From positions 45,632,001 through 45,696,000 of the forward strand of contig CM052839.1 of NCBI GenBank assembly GCA_028534125.1: 64,000 bases of DNA, read 5' to 3'. Made by a program: the position numbers and the translations under genes. Source of the DNA: Lama glama. Taxonomy: Eukaryota. Under the pieces are notes generated by a model. That model was not told the origin of the DNA. It saw only the letters and a list, made by a program, of their open reading frames with translations, and did not search any database. Below are positions 1 to 11,922 of this stretch, piece after piece (positions within the stretch are counted from its first letter, which is position 1; each line of letters begins with the position of its first letter).

Positions 1-1315
1 TCACTCTACATAAGAAACGTGACGGTCCACCTGGTTGACTTACTGTCATCAAAACGCCCGGGGCCCACATGCCTGTCGTGAGGTTGGTTCTGTCTGAACG
101 AGCCCAGCTGAAGTCTCCTGTTCAGTCTCCGTTGCCAGCGACCCCTCAACGCCCTTTCAGAGTAAGTCAAGTCCTTAATCCGGTCGCCTCTCCTGTCAGA
201 CTTGGCCCCTTCCTCCACCTGTGAATTTTCTAAAACCAGCAGATAGATCTGGATTAGGGTCTTGTTTCTGGTGACAGTACTGGGTGTGCTGCAGCACCCG
301 GGGTGCGGGGTCTGGCCGGTTGGGAGGTCAGGGCGAAGCAGCCATTGCCTTGGAAACGCACAGAGGATGGAGCCCAACTTCTGGGCCCCAGGGTGGGCAG
401 GGGGCATCTCACTGGGGGTCTGACACCGCAGGGATGAGCAAACGCAGGCCCGAATCTGCCCCAGCACCCAGGTGGGAAGCCACAGCCCACGTGGTCCGGC
501 GGGAGGGGAGGGTGCGATGACGCCTGTGGGACAAGCTGCCGCTTCTCTCCTGTGGGCCCCAGTTAAAAAGGCAGGAAATTCCAGAAACGTTGGCCACTCA
601 GGGCACCTCCTCTGTCCTTAAAGCTGCTTTGATTTGGAGCTCCAGAGTCCTCTTACCCTGCCCGCAAAAGTGCCCCTGACAACCTGGGAAGCTGGCATCT
701 CACCAGCCTCCTCCCAGCCTGTCCAGTCTACGTGGCGCCTCCCTGGACCCACGTCAGGGAGAAAGGGCCCCGTCTGGCTTGGCAGGGGTGGGGAGGGACT
801 GCGGGATGGGGTGCAGAGGGTGGACCGGGGGCCTACCCACCTGCCCTGCAGGGGCCGTGGCTCCCTGGACGGGGCCCAGAGGGAAGGAGGCGGCGGGTCC
901 AGGGCAGCAGGAAGGTCCGGGCGGCTCGGAGGGCGAGGCCCTCCCCGCGGGTTCTCCACCAGTGTGAGCACAGGACCGGCCCCACCTCAGGCTCCCGACC
1001 CCCCGCGAATGCAGCCCACAGACTAGGCGCGTGGGTGGGAGGGGAAGCTCTATTTCCTGACTCAGACTCCGCCTTCCTTCCCGAAAGAAAGATGAGAGTT
1101 TATATAAAAAGTTACGCAATGAGTATTGGTTGTCGAGAAGCTTCAGCCAGGGCGCCGAGGCCGGTCAGCAGGGAGAGGACAGTCTTTTGGATAAATGGTG
1201 CGGGACGTGTGGACGTCCACGTGCGGGAGAGTGAGCTGGGACCCTTCCCACGCAGGCGCAGGACCCTTCCTTGGAAGGGATCACAGAGCTGAAGCTAACG
1301 CTGGTAGTAGAACTT

Positions 1316-1412
1316 GGGGGGCGGATGGAGCTCGGGGGGAGAGCGCGTGCTTAGCGTGCATGAGGTGCTGGGTTCAATCCCCAGTACCTCCATCAGAGCA
1401 AATGTAAAACCT
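1316..1412 (+). mobile_element. tRNA-Ala-derived SINE (Vic-1-like)
   Basis: GAGCGCGTGCTTAGCGTGCATGAGGTGCTGGGTTCAATCCCCAGTACCTCCA head with B box. Confidence 0.8.
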
Positions 1413-1479
1413 GTAGAAACGGACAAAGACCACGCATGAGAGGGCAAGCAGGGGCCGCGCACCCAGAGCCCCGGCGGGC

Positions 1480-1722
1480 GGGCAGCACCGCCCCAAAGGC
1501 AGGCAGAGGAGGGAACAGCTTCAGCCGGAAAAGGGGGCCCAAGTGCACGCGCGCGGGGGCCGTGGGCCTGGGGAAGCCGCGGGCTGCCGAGTGGAGGTGC
1601 CGCAGCCCTGTGGTCAGCTGGGAGCCTGCTTGGCTTTCTCTGCCAGGTCCTGCGCTGGAAGCGGAGGCAGAAGTTAGGGAAGCTGGCAGTTACTGGCCAA
1701 ATTTGGGCTGATTGCTACAGGG
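1480..1722 (+). mobile_element. ERV-type LTR fragment, copy A
   Basis: GCTTGGCTTTCTCT...GCTGGAAGCGGAGGCAGAAGTTAGGGAAGCTGGCAGTTACTGGCCAA, homologous to the inverted copy at 8900-9140. Family not determined. Confidence 0.55.
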
Positions 1723-2559
1723 GCTTCGAAACACATCCACACACAAACTCACACGAATCTTCAGCAAGTGTCACTCAACAACGCAAAGGTGGAAACCACC
1801 AAACGCCCACCACCTGCCGAGGACGTGGGTAAGGAGTCGCGGACGTGCGCAGCACGGGGCCATCTGGCCGGGAAGAGCGAGGTGCTGACCTGCACTACAG
1901 CCCCAGATGAGCCCTGAAGACGTGTCCCCTGGGAGTGAGAAGCCGGTCGCAGAAACCCGTGTCATTACGTGACTCCGTCTGCATGAAGCGTGCAGAGCAG
2001 GCAGATCTGGAGACACAGAGCTGCTCAGTGGGGCGGGGGCCGGGGTGGGGCAGGGGAGTGGCTGCTGAAGGCAAGTCAGGGCCGCGTTCCAGAACACATG
2101 CTCGCTCCCTGAACTATGGACACCCGCCCACTCGTGCGCTCTCCATGGAGGGACTGCCCAGTGTCCCTCCCCGACCAGACTCTAGCCAGGCTCCTCTGCG
2201 CCCGGGTCTCCAGCAGCCCTAGAAAGACTCGGTTTCTGACAGCTCAGGCCCATCCCCAGGGTGACCCCAGTCCCCCCCGAAACTCCAGCAGCCGCCAAGG
2301 GGTGGGCATCTCGGGCCCCTGTGGGAACACAAGGCTTGCCTTGGACAAGTGCTGGTGATAAACCAGACAGGGTTGCGTGGCGGCCCAGCCCCTGCCTGCT
2401 GTGAAAGTGCCCACCTCCTGACTCCCCGGAGTCTCAGCCCTCCCCGTACCCCCGCTCGCAGTAAAACGCTGGTCACTGCTGCCCAAACCACACCTGAGCT
2501 CAGTTCACACTGGAACTGTCCCCACTGAGAGTATGTTGCAGACTAGAACCTGTCCTCCA

Positions 2560-2828
2560 TAGAAAACAAGCTATGCTTACCTAAGGGGAGGGGGCGGGGG
2601 AGGGTTAAATTGGGGATTTAGGATTTGCAGATACTAACTGTTATATATAAAATAGATAAGTAACAAGGTCCCACTGTACAGCACGGGGAACTGTGTTCAA
2701 TACCTTGTAATAACCTATAATGAAAAAGAATGTATGTTATGTATAAATGTGTAACTGAATCACCGCTGGACACCAGAGACTAACACGACATTGTAAATCA
2801 ACTCTACTTCAATTAAAAAAATAAAAAC
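2560..2828 (+). mobile_element. L1 3' end (laurasiatherian/artiodactyl type)
   Basis: TATATAAAATAGATAAGTAACAAGGTCCCACTGTACAGCACGGGGAAC...CATTGTAAATCAACTCTACTTCAATTAAAAAA. Confidence 0.8.
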
Positions 2829-2841
2829 AGCTCCTTCGTAC

Positions 2842-2962
2842 TTTGTTTTTTTATAGGGGGAGTTGGTCAAGCTTACTGGTTTATTTGATGGAGGTGCTGG
2901 GGATTGACCCCAGGACCTCATGCCTGCTAAGCACGTGCTCTGCCTCTGAGCTGTACCCTCTC
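2842..2962 (-). mobile_element. tRNA-Ala-derived SINE (Vic-1-like)
   Basis: Reverse complement of the same head plus a T-rich tail. Confidence 0.8.
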
Positions 2963-3034
2963 ACCTTGTCCTTTGCACTTTGGCGTCCGGCTGTGTTTGT
3001 CTGACAGTGAACCATGTCTCAGTGACGCTGTCTG

Positions 3035-3138
3035 GAGCTCCCCTGGACAGCGCGTATACTAAAATCAGAACGACACAGAGACTGGCGCGACCCCATGCAG
3101 GAGTGACGTGCAAATTCACAAAACGCTCCACATTTTTT
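3035..3138 (+). pseudogene. U6 snRNA retropseudogene (full length, diverged)
   Basis: GAGCTCCCCTGGACAGCGCGTATACTAAAATCAGAACGACACAGAGA...GCAAATTCACAAAACGCTCCACATTTTTT aligns end to end with U6. ACAGAGA box is kept, with about 25 substitutions and small deletions. Confidence 0.85.
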
Positions 3139-5639
3139 CAGTTAAAAAAGAACTCCCCGAGCAGTGCAGAGGAACGGACAGCCCTGCCAGGGTCGGCGTA
3201 AGCGGCACAGCAAGGAAGCCATCTGCTGAGACAGGACCACGCCCTGCGTGGCTGCTGACTGGGCCACACACACGGCAAACGCGGTCTCACTACAGACTTT
3301 GTCCAGAAGGGAGACGAGCACATTTAACCTTGAAAAGAGAATTCGATCGATGCAAGGAGCCCATTAAACGAGGGATGCGGGTGCCTCCAGCGCCTACGGT
3401 GAGAGCCTCACCGGTGTGAGGGCGGCTGGGGACTCGGGATGGGGGTGTGAGGGCCTCTCTGTGCTGCACACTCTTTCCAAGTGCCCGTCCTGCTCTGCCC
3501 TTCGAACCAGCACTTCATGGAATTTTGGACCCTGGAATGAGGCTGCCAGCATTTGGGGCAGCTGGGGACAAAGGTCGAATCTTGAAATCGGCCCAGAGGA
3601 GCACAGAGGGCCAGAAGGCGCAGGGAAGGGCGGGTGGCCTGAGAAGGGAGCTGGCCTCCCCGAGGCGAGTCCCTCTATTTACAAACAGTTATTCTAAGTC
3701 ACCCATGCACCTCGATGCAAGTTCTCACACACGGCAGGGGTTTCTGGGGACAGTGCACCTCCTTCCAGCTGGACCCGGTCCCTGACCCCTTCTTGGAAAC
3801 ACAATTGCAGCCACCAGGACTTGGGGTTTTTTTCCCACATTACTCAAACAGAAAAAAAGAAAAACAGAAGTGAGGCGGAAGAAACTCTGGTCATCGGAAA
3901 GTAATTTTCCATAAGGGATGTTAGTTCTCAAAAGACGTTGGAAACAGCGGGGATGTGGAGCACACAGTTTTGTCCCCTCCCCCAACGCCACACCACCCTC
4001 GCCCCCACCTAACTGCTGCCAAGCCGGGGAGACTGGAAGGCGGTGGAAGGGGACCCAGACAGCACCCAGGGGACCAGTGCCGCCTCTGGAAGGCTGCTCT
4101 GGGCTCAGCGCCCATGCCGCCCCCTCCAGAGGCTAGACAGCCGGCTTCCCAGACCACCCAACTGCCTGGCTGGGCCACACGCACGGCAAAAGGGGCGAGG
4201 GCAGCTTGTCCTCGTGACCCAGTCACCATCTCGCTGGTGCTACAAGCCAGGGTCTGCCCCTGGCACAGAGGTTTTGCCTCCATCCTGTAGCAGCTAAGCT
4301 CTGGCGTTAATTCTGCCACCCAGACACCCAAGCCTCCCCAGCACCTCCCCGCGGGCCTGGTGGGGCGTCCAGGGTCCGAGAAAGAGGGCCCGTCCTGGCT
4401 CCTAGGAGGAGGGGGGTGGAGGTCCTTCCTCCAGCCCTTTGAGGACAGTGACCCTGATCCTCTGGACATCTGCTCGCCCACCTGCCTGGGTTTCATTTGT
4501 GGGTAGTTTTTTCCAGAAAGGCTGGGTGGGGTTGGAGGTCTGGGGTCTGCTGATGCCTTTGGGCCTGGACCACTGCTTGGCTTCCGAAGCTTCCCGATTC
4601 CGCCCCACCGTCAACACCAGCCCGATTCCCCACCGGCTCAGGGCGAAGGCTCTTGCTGAATCGAGACGGAAATGACTCTTTGGCCCTGAATTTCAGGAAA
4701 GCCGGGGCCTGTCTGTCTCGAGGCAGCCTGGTAGAGCTCTACCCGGATCCAGGCTGAACGTCAGCTTCCCCACGTCCGCCGTGGCTTCCGCTGTGCCTTC
4801 AAGAACATTTTCTGCCTCCTTTAAAGGGGCATTTCTGTCTTTTTCTCTGCCCCCGCACCACGGCCCAGCCTTCCCCGGAGCGTCCAGTGTGCCCCGCGGT
4901 CACACCCCAGCCCTCCAGCCCCTTCGGCCGGGGGGCGCTCCCCACCCATGGCAGCACCCCCTCCTCTCTGAGAGCGGCGGCTGAAGGCAGAGACCCCTCT
5001 CTTCTCTCTGAGCCCCTCTGCTTCTTGCTCGGGTTAACTGTCCGCGGGTTGGGTGTCTGGTGTGTCCCGTGCTGGCCATGGACTTTTCCTTTCCTTTTTT
5101 CCCGCCACCTCCCTTCTTTCCTTCCTATTCCTGGCCCGCCCCGTTGGCAGGGTCCCTCAGCCCCTTCTCTGGGTCCTGCCTGGCCTCTGGGCCTCCTCTG
5201 CTCGGGAGTGGTTCAGTTCCCTGGCTCCTCCTCAGCTGTCCTCCCTCGACACCCGCAGGCCTAGAGCCAGAGTGGCCAGCCAGTGAACCTGCCTGGAGAG
5301 GGTGGCGCCCAGAGGGGGGGCGCTAACTGGGGGCCAGTCCCAGGGCAGGTGCTCCCGGATGGGGAGCTGCTGGGTGTGGAGCAGGGCGGTGGCTCATGGC
5401 CAGACACCGGCTGCCAGCGGCAGAGGCCTCCCGCAGCAGCACACTGGTCCCAGCTGGCCGAGGCGCTCCAGCTGCTGGCCCCGGCCTGCAGTGACAGCGC
5501 GGGGCCCGTGGCTCCCGTAGAAGGGGTGGAAGGGAGGCTGGCAGCTGACCAGAGGGCCTACGAGTGGCCTCCCGGTGGCCGGTCCTGCGGGCCCCGGGGG
5601 GACCTCCCCAAGAGCAAGTACGTGGGAAGACGCCCTGAG

Positions 5640-6940
5640 TGGTTTTAACAGTTTCAGTGACGTGTCAGCACCATAACACATTGTGGACTGCACACAGCAG
5701 CAGTGCACGGTTTTACAAGTTTGTGCGGACCTCAGTCTGGGACCATCAGCCCAGTCAAGGTGCCGAACACCCCCGTCGCCCCAGGGATCTCCTCCTGCCC
5801 CTCTCGGTCCTCCCCATCCTGGGACGGCCACCGAGCGGCCGCAGGTCTCTCCAGGTTCTTTACTGTGGATTTTTATACTTTGTGCTTTTGTATGATGGAA
5901 ACACGCAACGCGCTCCCTGCTTGTCTGAGATCCACCCCCGGCGTTCACGACATTTCACACTGGGCACTGACCTTCCCGCATGGGGCTGGAGAAGCCTCGG
6001 GGTGCCTGTCTGCTCGCCCACGGACAGCCTGAGGGCTGCCTCCAGCTTGGGGATATTACAAAGCAGCTGTGAAGATCTGCACATGCCCATTTCTCCTGGT
6101 AAATACCACCAGCAGACCGACAAGCTGCCCCCACAGCGGCTGCGCCATTTTCATCCACTTGGTAGCAGAGGAGGTTTCGAGTCCCACCAGCACTGGCTTC
6201 AACCAGTCTTTTTTTTGCCCATTCCACGACCGCTCTTGCCTCCACAGTCAAGATGCCGACACAACTCCACCTTCTCGGAAGCTCAGCCTGGGAGAGTTAG
6301 CTCCTACAGCGCATCTTTTCCTTTCCTTCTTTCACGGAAGGACAGGGGACTGAACCCAGGACCTCGTGCACGCTACGCATGCGCCCTACCACAGAGCTAC
6401 ACCCTCCCCCTTCAGTCTTTTTAACGTTAGCGGTTTGCATCGTGCGTTGCGGGACTCACTGCGGTTCTAACTGCGTTTTCCTGGTGGCTACGCGTGTTTG
6501 TCGTCCATGTACCTTCCTTGGTGGGGTCTGTTCAGATGCTTTGACCACTGTTGACAAGTAAACTGTTTTCTTATCACTGAGCTGTACAATGCATAACCCC
6601 TCCGAGCTATTTATTTCAGTTTTCCTGGTGGGGAGGCTTTTGACTAAGTTCGGCTCCTTTAACAGATACAGGGCTATTCAGGTCATCTGCTTTGGCGAGT
6701 TGGCTAGTTTGTGTTTTTTCAAGGAACGAGTCTCGGGTGTGGTACGGAGCTGTTCACCGCATTCCCTGCTATTCTTTCCACCGTGCGACTGGTTGCTACT
6801 CATTCGCGTTTTTTAAGTTATGCATTTAAGGCTATCGAGTTTTCCCTCTGGGGTGAGCTGGCTCTATTCCACAAGTGTCTGAGCAAGAGTGTTCTCTCAT
6901 TATTTACCATTTGAAATTTTTAATTTACTCTTTCACTCAA
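5640..6940 (-). mobile_element. Old L1 fragments (antisense), interrupted by a SINE
   Basis: T-rich L1M-like motifs such as TTCTAACTGCGTTTTCCTGGTGGCTA and TTGTTCTCTCATTATTTACCATT-like runs. Confidence 0.5.
6315..6410 (-). mobile_element. tRNA-Ala-derived SINE (Vic-1-like)
   Basis: GGGGACTGAACCCAGGACCTCGTGCACGCTACGCATGCGCCCTACCACAGAGCTACACCCTCCCCC. Confidence 0.8.
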
Positions 6941-6954
6941 GAGTTATCTGAAGA

Positions 6955-7103
6955 GGAGGGAGGGCATAGCTCAGGGGTAGAGCGCATGCTCAGTGTGTAT
7001 GAGGCCCTGGGTTCAATCTCCAGCACCTGCACTAAATAAAAAAATGGTAATAAATAAATAAGCCTAATCACCTCCCCTAAACAAACACAAAACAAAAAAA
7101 AAG
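6955..7103 (+). mobile_element. tRNA-Ala-derived SINE (Vic-1-like) with target-site duplication
   Basis: A/B boxes and A-rich tail. TSD GAGTTA(T/C)CTGAAGA at 6941-6954 and 7104-7117. Confidence 0.9.
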
Positions 7104-7119
7104 GAGTTACCTGAAGACG

Positions 7120-8500
7120 TATTTTTTAAAAATAAGACAAACCTGTAATTACAGCTGAAGACTTCCCACCCCTCTCTCAGTGGTTGATAGAAAACTAGAC
7201 GAGAAAGCAGCCAGGAGAGAAGGGACCGGCAGGAGCCCCCGCCACTGCTGCACGCGCCACCCACACCCGCAGGACGCGCTCTCCACGGCGCGGAGGGCCA
7301 GCTACCAGGAGCCACCCGCACACCCCTCAGGGAACACACCCCAAGCCGCCGGCCACGTCCTGAGCCGGAAAACAAGCCTCAACAGATTTAGATGACGTAA
7401 GATCATCCACGTGGTGTCTCCGACCACAGTGGAACCAGACTAGAAGTCGCCAACAGAAAGACAAGGAGAAAATCCAAACCCTTGGAGACTGAACAGCACA
7501 CCCCGACGTCATCTGTAGGTCCAACGAGACCACCGCGAGGGGACCCGCGGACTGGAGTGGACAAGAACGAGAGCACGGGGCGCAGAGGGAAGCTTTCAGC
7601 GTTAAATCCTTGTGCTAGGAAAGAAGTTCCGAAGTGAAAAGAACGTAAGATTCCTCCTTACGAACTGGAAAAGAGCAAAAATAAACCAAAGCAGGCAGAG
7701 GGAAAGGAAACCGTGAAGGCAGCAGAAATCAAGTACGCTTTAAACAGCAAATAATGGAGAAAAATCGACGAAACAAAAAGCACTTCTTTCAGAAGATCAT
7801 CAAATTGCCAAACTTCAAACTGACAAGACTGACCGGCGGGGACATCAACTACAGACCTTGCAGGCGCCGGAAGGGCCAGGCAGGGACGCTACAGACGACT
7901 GCGAAAGGCACCTTGACAGCTCAGACGAAACGGAGCAAGTCCTGGAAGAGCGCAGACTACCACAACCCACCCCGTGAACGGGTCCAGGAGCAGCCCCACA
8001 GCCGCCACGGACGCTGAGCTCCCGGCCCTAGAACTGGCGGGGAGGGAGCCCTCCAGCCCCAGGTGGTTCCACGGAGTGCTGTTCAAAGACACGGTTCGCA
8101 CAACCTCTCCCAGGAAACAGACGACGAGTGGACCCTCCCAGGTCCATGTTCTGAAGCTCGTGTTGCCCAGATGCCATAACCAAAGATAGCACAAAACAAG
8201 ACAGCTGCAGACAAACATCTCACGCTGCAGGTGCAGTAAACCTACAGCCGCACGCTCCCTAAGGAAAGACTGAGCGCCCTCCCCGTAAGGTCGGAAGGAG
8301 GCGAGGCTGCCCACACTCACTCTCCTCGCCAGCGAAGCACCGTGAGTGCTGGCCAGGGCGAGGGGGCAAGGAAACAAAAGGGGAGCGTGGGGAGGGAGAA
8401 GTCAAACTGCCCCTGTCTGCAGGGCACGGGACTGTCTATGCAGACAGGCCCCAGGGTGCTGCATCAGGAAAAAGTGCGCCGAGAACTAACGTTTCCTTTT
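7120..8500 (+). mobile_element. Degenerate L1 ORF2 fragment
   Basis: GAAGACTTCCCACCCCTCTCTCAGTGGTTGATAGAAAACTAGAC, AGGGAAGCTTTCAGCGTTAAAT and GAAGTCAAACTGCCCCTGTCTGCAG. No intact ORF. Confidence 0.65.
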
Positions 8501-8656
8501 TAGTATAAAAAGAGGGTTTTTTTTAAAAAGCATGCCATATTCTTAGAGACTAAAAGCACATTCCTAAGTAACCACTGCTAAGGAAATAATCACAACGGGA
8601 ACCGTAAAACATGTAGAGCTGACCAACAACGGAAGTAAAACATTCCGGGTGCAGCA

Positions 8657-8773
8657 GGGAGGGCCCAGCTCGGCGGTAGAGCGTGTGCTTAGCATGCACG
8701 AGGTCCTGGGTTCAGTCCCCAGTACCTCTTTCAAGAATAAATAAATAAACTTAATCACCCCCACACACAAAAA
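8657..8773 (+). mobile_element. tRNA-Ala-derived SINE (Vic-1-like)
   Basis: GGTAGAGCGTGTGCTTAGCATGCACGAGGTCCTGGGTTCAGTCCCCAGTACC plus (TAAA)n tail. Confidence 0.85.
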
Positions 8774-8899
8774 CCTATTGGCAAATCCTACAAACGCCTT
8801 GGTACGAGTCCATTTGAAAGGTAAGATGGAGCGGGTAACATTCCAGGAGAACACAGAGGCTGGGTGTACACTCGGACGATGGCTACCAGCCCGGCCAGC

Positions 8900-9140
8900 A
8901 CGCCCTCTGCAGCGGCCGACCCCAAACGGCCAGGACTTGGCCAATAACTGCCAGCTTCCCTAATTTCTGCCTCCGCTTCCAGCTCAGGGCCAACCAGAGA
9001 AAGCCAAGCAGGCTGCCAGCCAGCCACAGGGTTGCAGCAGCTCCAGCCCTCAGGCCCACAGCCCGCACTGGGGGTGCAGCTGAGCCCCCGCTTCCTGATA
9101 AGGCTGCCCCCCCCACCTGCCTTGGTGACTGAGCTGCCCC
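8900..9140 (-). mobile_element. ERV-type LTR fragment, copy B
   Basis: Reverse complement of copy A over about 240 bp. Confidence 0.55.
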
Positions 9141-9587
9141 CCTGCTGGGGCGCTGGGCCCCGCTTGTCCTCCGTGCCTGGCCTTCTTTAGAGCCTCGACG
9201 TGTATCACTGGCATCACCAGAACACACAGGCACAGACACGCCCGACCTCACCGGTGTCGCAGGGGAACTGTCACTAAACGTTCGTGGAACAGAAACATCC
9301 CTGCCTTAAACATTTCGCAGAAGGCTAGCATGATCTCAGTCTCAAAATTAAGAAACAAAACCAATCTAATTGCTGACCAGAGAGCAGGAAGCCTCAAGAA
9401 ACTGTTACTAAATTGAAGTCAGCTGTAAGCTGTATACCACACAAGTTCGGCTCAGCGCAGATTTCAGGGTCGGGAACCTGATTCTCATATTCCCCATTAT
9501 AGGTTAAAGGAGGGGAAAAAATCCAGTATTTCAATAGCTGCAAAGGAACACATAATATAACTTAATACTCATTAAATTTTTTTAACC

Positions 9588-9825
9588 ATTTTTTAAATTA
9601 GTACCTACTTAATTTACAACGTTGTGTTAATTTCAGGTGTACCAGAGTGATTCAGTTTTACATACACACACATCCTTTTTCAGACTCTTTTCCATTATGG
9701 GTTAGTAAAAGGCATTGAATACAGTTCCCTGTGCTGTACAGTAGGAACTTGTGGTTTATCTATTTTATACGCGGTAGTGTGTATATGTTAATCCCAGACT
9801 CCTAATTCACTCCTTCTCCCCCCAC
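9588..9825 (-). mobile_element. L1 3' end (same family as 2560-2828)
   Basis: TTGAATACAGTTCCCTGTGCTGTACAGTAGGAACTTGTGGTTTATCTATTTTATA. Confidence 0.8.
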
Positions 9826-10149
9826 TTTCAATAATCATTTTTGATTAAAACAAAATCTAGCCAACTAGGAGTAGAACGATTTCTTGATCTGATACAGGGC
9901 ATCTCCTTAAAAAGACACAGTAAAATTAAAACCCATACATTGTAGGAGAGACACACATCATATCGCAGTTTTGGAAATTACTTCTGGCAAAATTCTATCA
10001 ACACACGCACAACAGACCAGAGTTAACAGCTGCAAAGTGTATGGTTAAGAAATGGCCGACACACCAACTGCTCTTACAAATCACTGCACCAAGAAAAACC
10101 CTGAGAAAACAGGCTGAGACTGCAGGGCTCTCCTGGGCCGCGTCAGCAG

Positions 10150-10570
10150 GGGTCTTTTGATTACTCGGTGCAGAAGCCCAGTTCAGACAGACTGGTGCGT
10201 GAGGGAACGTGTCGGCTCCTCTGGGCTCCAGGGACAGCTCCATCCAGGTGCTTCATCCGGTCTCTTTTCCTCAGTCCCACTTTCCTCCCCGTGGCTTCAC
10301 CCCCAGGCAGCCTCTCCTCAAATCACAGCCACACTCCGCCAGCTCGGGTTCCCCGTGGAGCAGGGGAGAGCAAAGCCCTGGGCGGCCTCTCGCTGCCCTC
10401 ACCCGAGCCATCTGCCTTTCTGAGTCAGTCTCACTGCCAAGGACAGGCTGGCTGGCCACGCCCGGGTTTCCAGCCTCCTAGACTGAGTGGGCAGAGAATC
10501 CCCAACGGAAAACCAAGGTAGTGTTACCAGAAAAGGGAGAGACTGGAGAATGCTCTGCAGGCAAGACCAA
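10150..10570. mobile_element. MaLR (MLT1-type) LTR relic
   Basis: GGAAAACCAAGGTAGTGTTACCAGAAAAGGGAGA...TGCAGGCAAGA resembles an MLT1 terminal motif. Confidence 0.4.
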
Positions 10571-11284
10571 GCTCAGGCCACTGCAACCCCATATGGAAAT
10601 TAAAACAGCCCTGGATCCTCTCCTGCTCAGAGAATTCTTCTGCCACCAAAGGATTGGAACCTCTATTATGTTCTTTGAAACAGAGGCCTTGCCCTCCTGA
10701 AGCCCCCAGGTCTAAACTCCTAATTCGCTGCACGCGCACCACAGGGCCAGCGCAGAAAGGAGGTCCCGGAGCCCGCCTGGCTCTGAGACCAAAGAAAGGC
10801 CGGAGAGCCCCGGGCAGAGAACTCGGCCAAGCCCCGCGGCGGGCGGGAGCTGGGCCGGGCCCCGGGGTGGGGCGGAAGCCGTGGGCGGCGGGCAGGAGCC
10901 ATTAGGGCCCTTGACCGGGCGGGCCGGGGGCTGGGGCGGGCGATAAAGGATCCCTGGCCTGGCAGTTCACCGAACGACGACACGTGGCGGCACCGTGCCC
11001 CCTGGGATTCCTCCCCCCGGGTTCAGCCCGACAGGAATGCAAACAGGTCCGTAGGAAAGGCGGGCACAGTGCTGGCGGCAGCCACGCCCGGGCGGGGCAA
11101 GCGAGCCGCCCCCGGCCTCCCAGAGGAAGGAGGCCCTCGCACCTGCTGCAGGCCTGACGCACCTGGAAGGCATTAAGCTCAGGGAGAAGAGCCAGACCCG
11201 CAGGACAGAGGGAGTGACCCCACCACCCCAGGCTCCTGGGGCAGGCGAACTCAGAGGCGGAGGAATGCACCCTCCGCAGCGCTC

Positions 11285-11487
11285 GCGGGGGCTGGGGGCT
11301 GGGGGCTGGGGGCAGGGGCTCCCTTTGAAGTGATGAAATAAATGTCTTAAAACAACTGTGATGAAGGTCGCCTGACTGAATATACTAAAACCCGCTGAAC
11401 TGTGCACATTAAACGAGTGAATTATGTGGTATGTGAATCATGTCTCAACAAAGCTGTTAAAAAAACAAAACAAAACAAAATAAAACA
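11285..11487 (+). mobile_element. L1MB-like 3' end
   Basis: GAATATACTAAAACCCGCTGAACTGTGCACATTAAACGAGTGAATTATGTGGTATGTGAATCATGTCTCAACAAAGCTGTTAAAAAAA. Confidence 0.75.
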
Positions 11488-11847
11488 GGACACTCCTGGC
11501 AACTGAGTGAAGAACACAGGAGCTGGGTGGAGTGGGGACTCCCGGGAGCTCTGCAGTCTCCTGGTCACTCAAGTCACGTACCCTCCCCCTGGGAAGGCCG
11601 CCATCCCCACAGAGGTAAGGTCTTCTAGCCCCAAAAGGGGCCCCGGTCAGGGCGGCCGGCAGAACCCGTGAGGCTGAGACGGGTCCCACCCCATCCCTCC
11701 TGCCACCTGCCCGCTGGTTTTAAACTATGTTCACCTTAAAAGTTGGCCCCACGGGGAGGAGGGCTGAGCTTTTCTCTGGCTGCGTCCCTCAAGACATGGG
11801 GCCAGCCCTGGCCGAGAGCAGCGGAGCAGAGCTCACTGGAGTTTGCT

Positions 11848-11922
11848 GAGGGAAGGAAGGGAGGAAGGGAGGGAGGGAGGAAGAAAGGGAGGGAGGGAGG
11901 GAGGAAGGAAGGAAGGGAGGGG
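11848..11922 (+). repeat. 75-nt pure purine tract (GGAA/GGAG)n
   Basis: Read directly from the sequence. Confidence 0.9.

Larger units (their letters stand above)
1100..2010 (+). mobile_element. Old L1 (ORF2 end and 3'UTR) relic interrupted by a SINE and an LTR fragment
   Basis: GACAGTCTTTTGGATAAATGGTGC and GGTGGAAACCACCAAACGCCC are recognisable L1M motifs, heavily GC-shifted. Confidence 0.55.

Noticed and set aside
6-230. Possible minus-strand coding exon (ttttag|AAAATTCACAG..., ENSQVEEGAKSD...) and a mini-exon near 657-683
   Set aside because: The splice-like signals are real but I recognise no protein. It needs TBLASTN or RNA-seq.
3035-3138. Functional U6 gene
   Set aside because: About 25% diverged, with a deletion next to the ACAGAGA box, an altered AGC triad region and no evident PSE/TATA.
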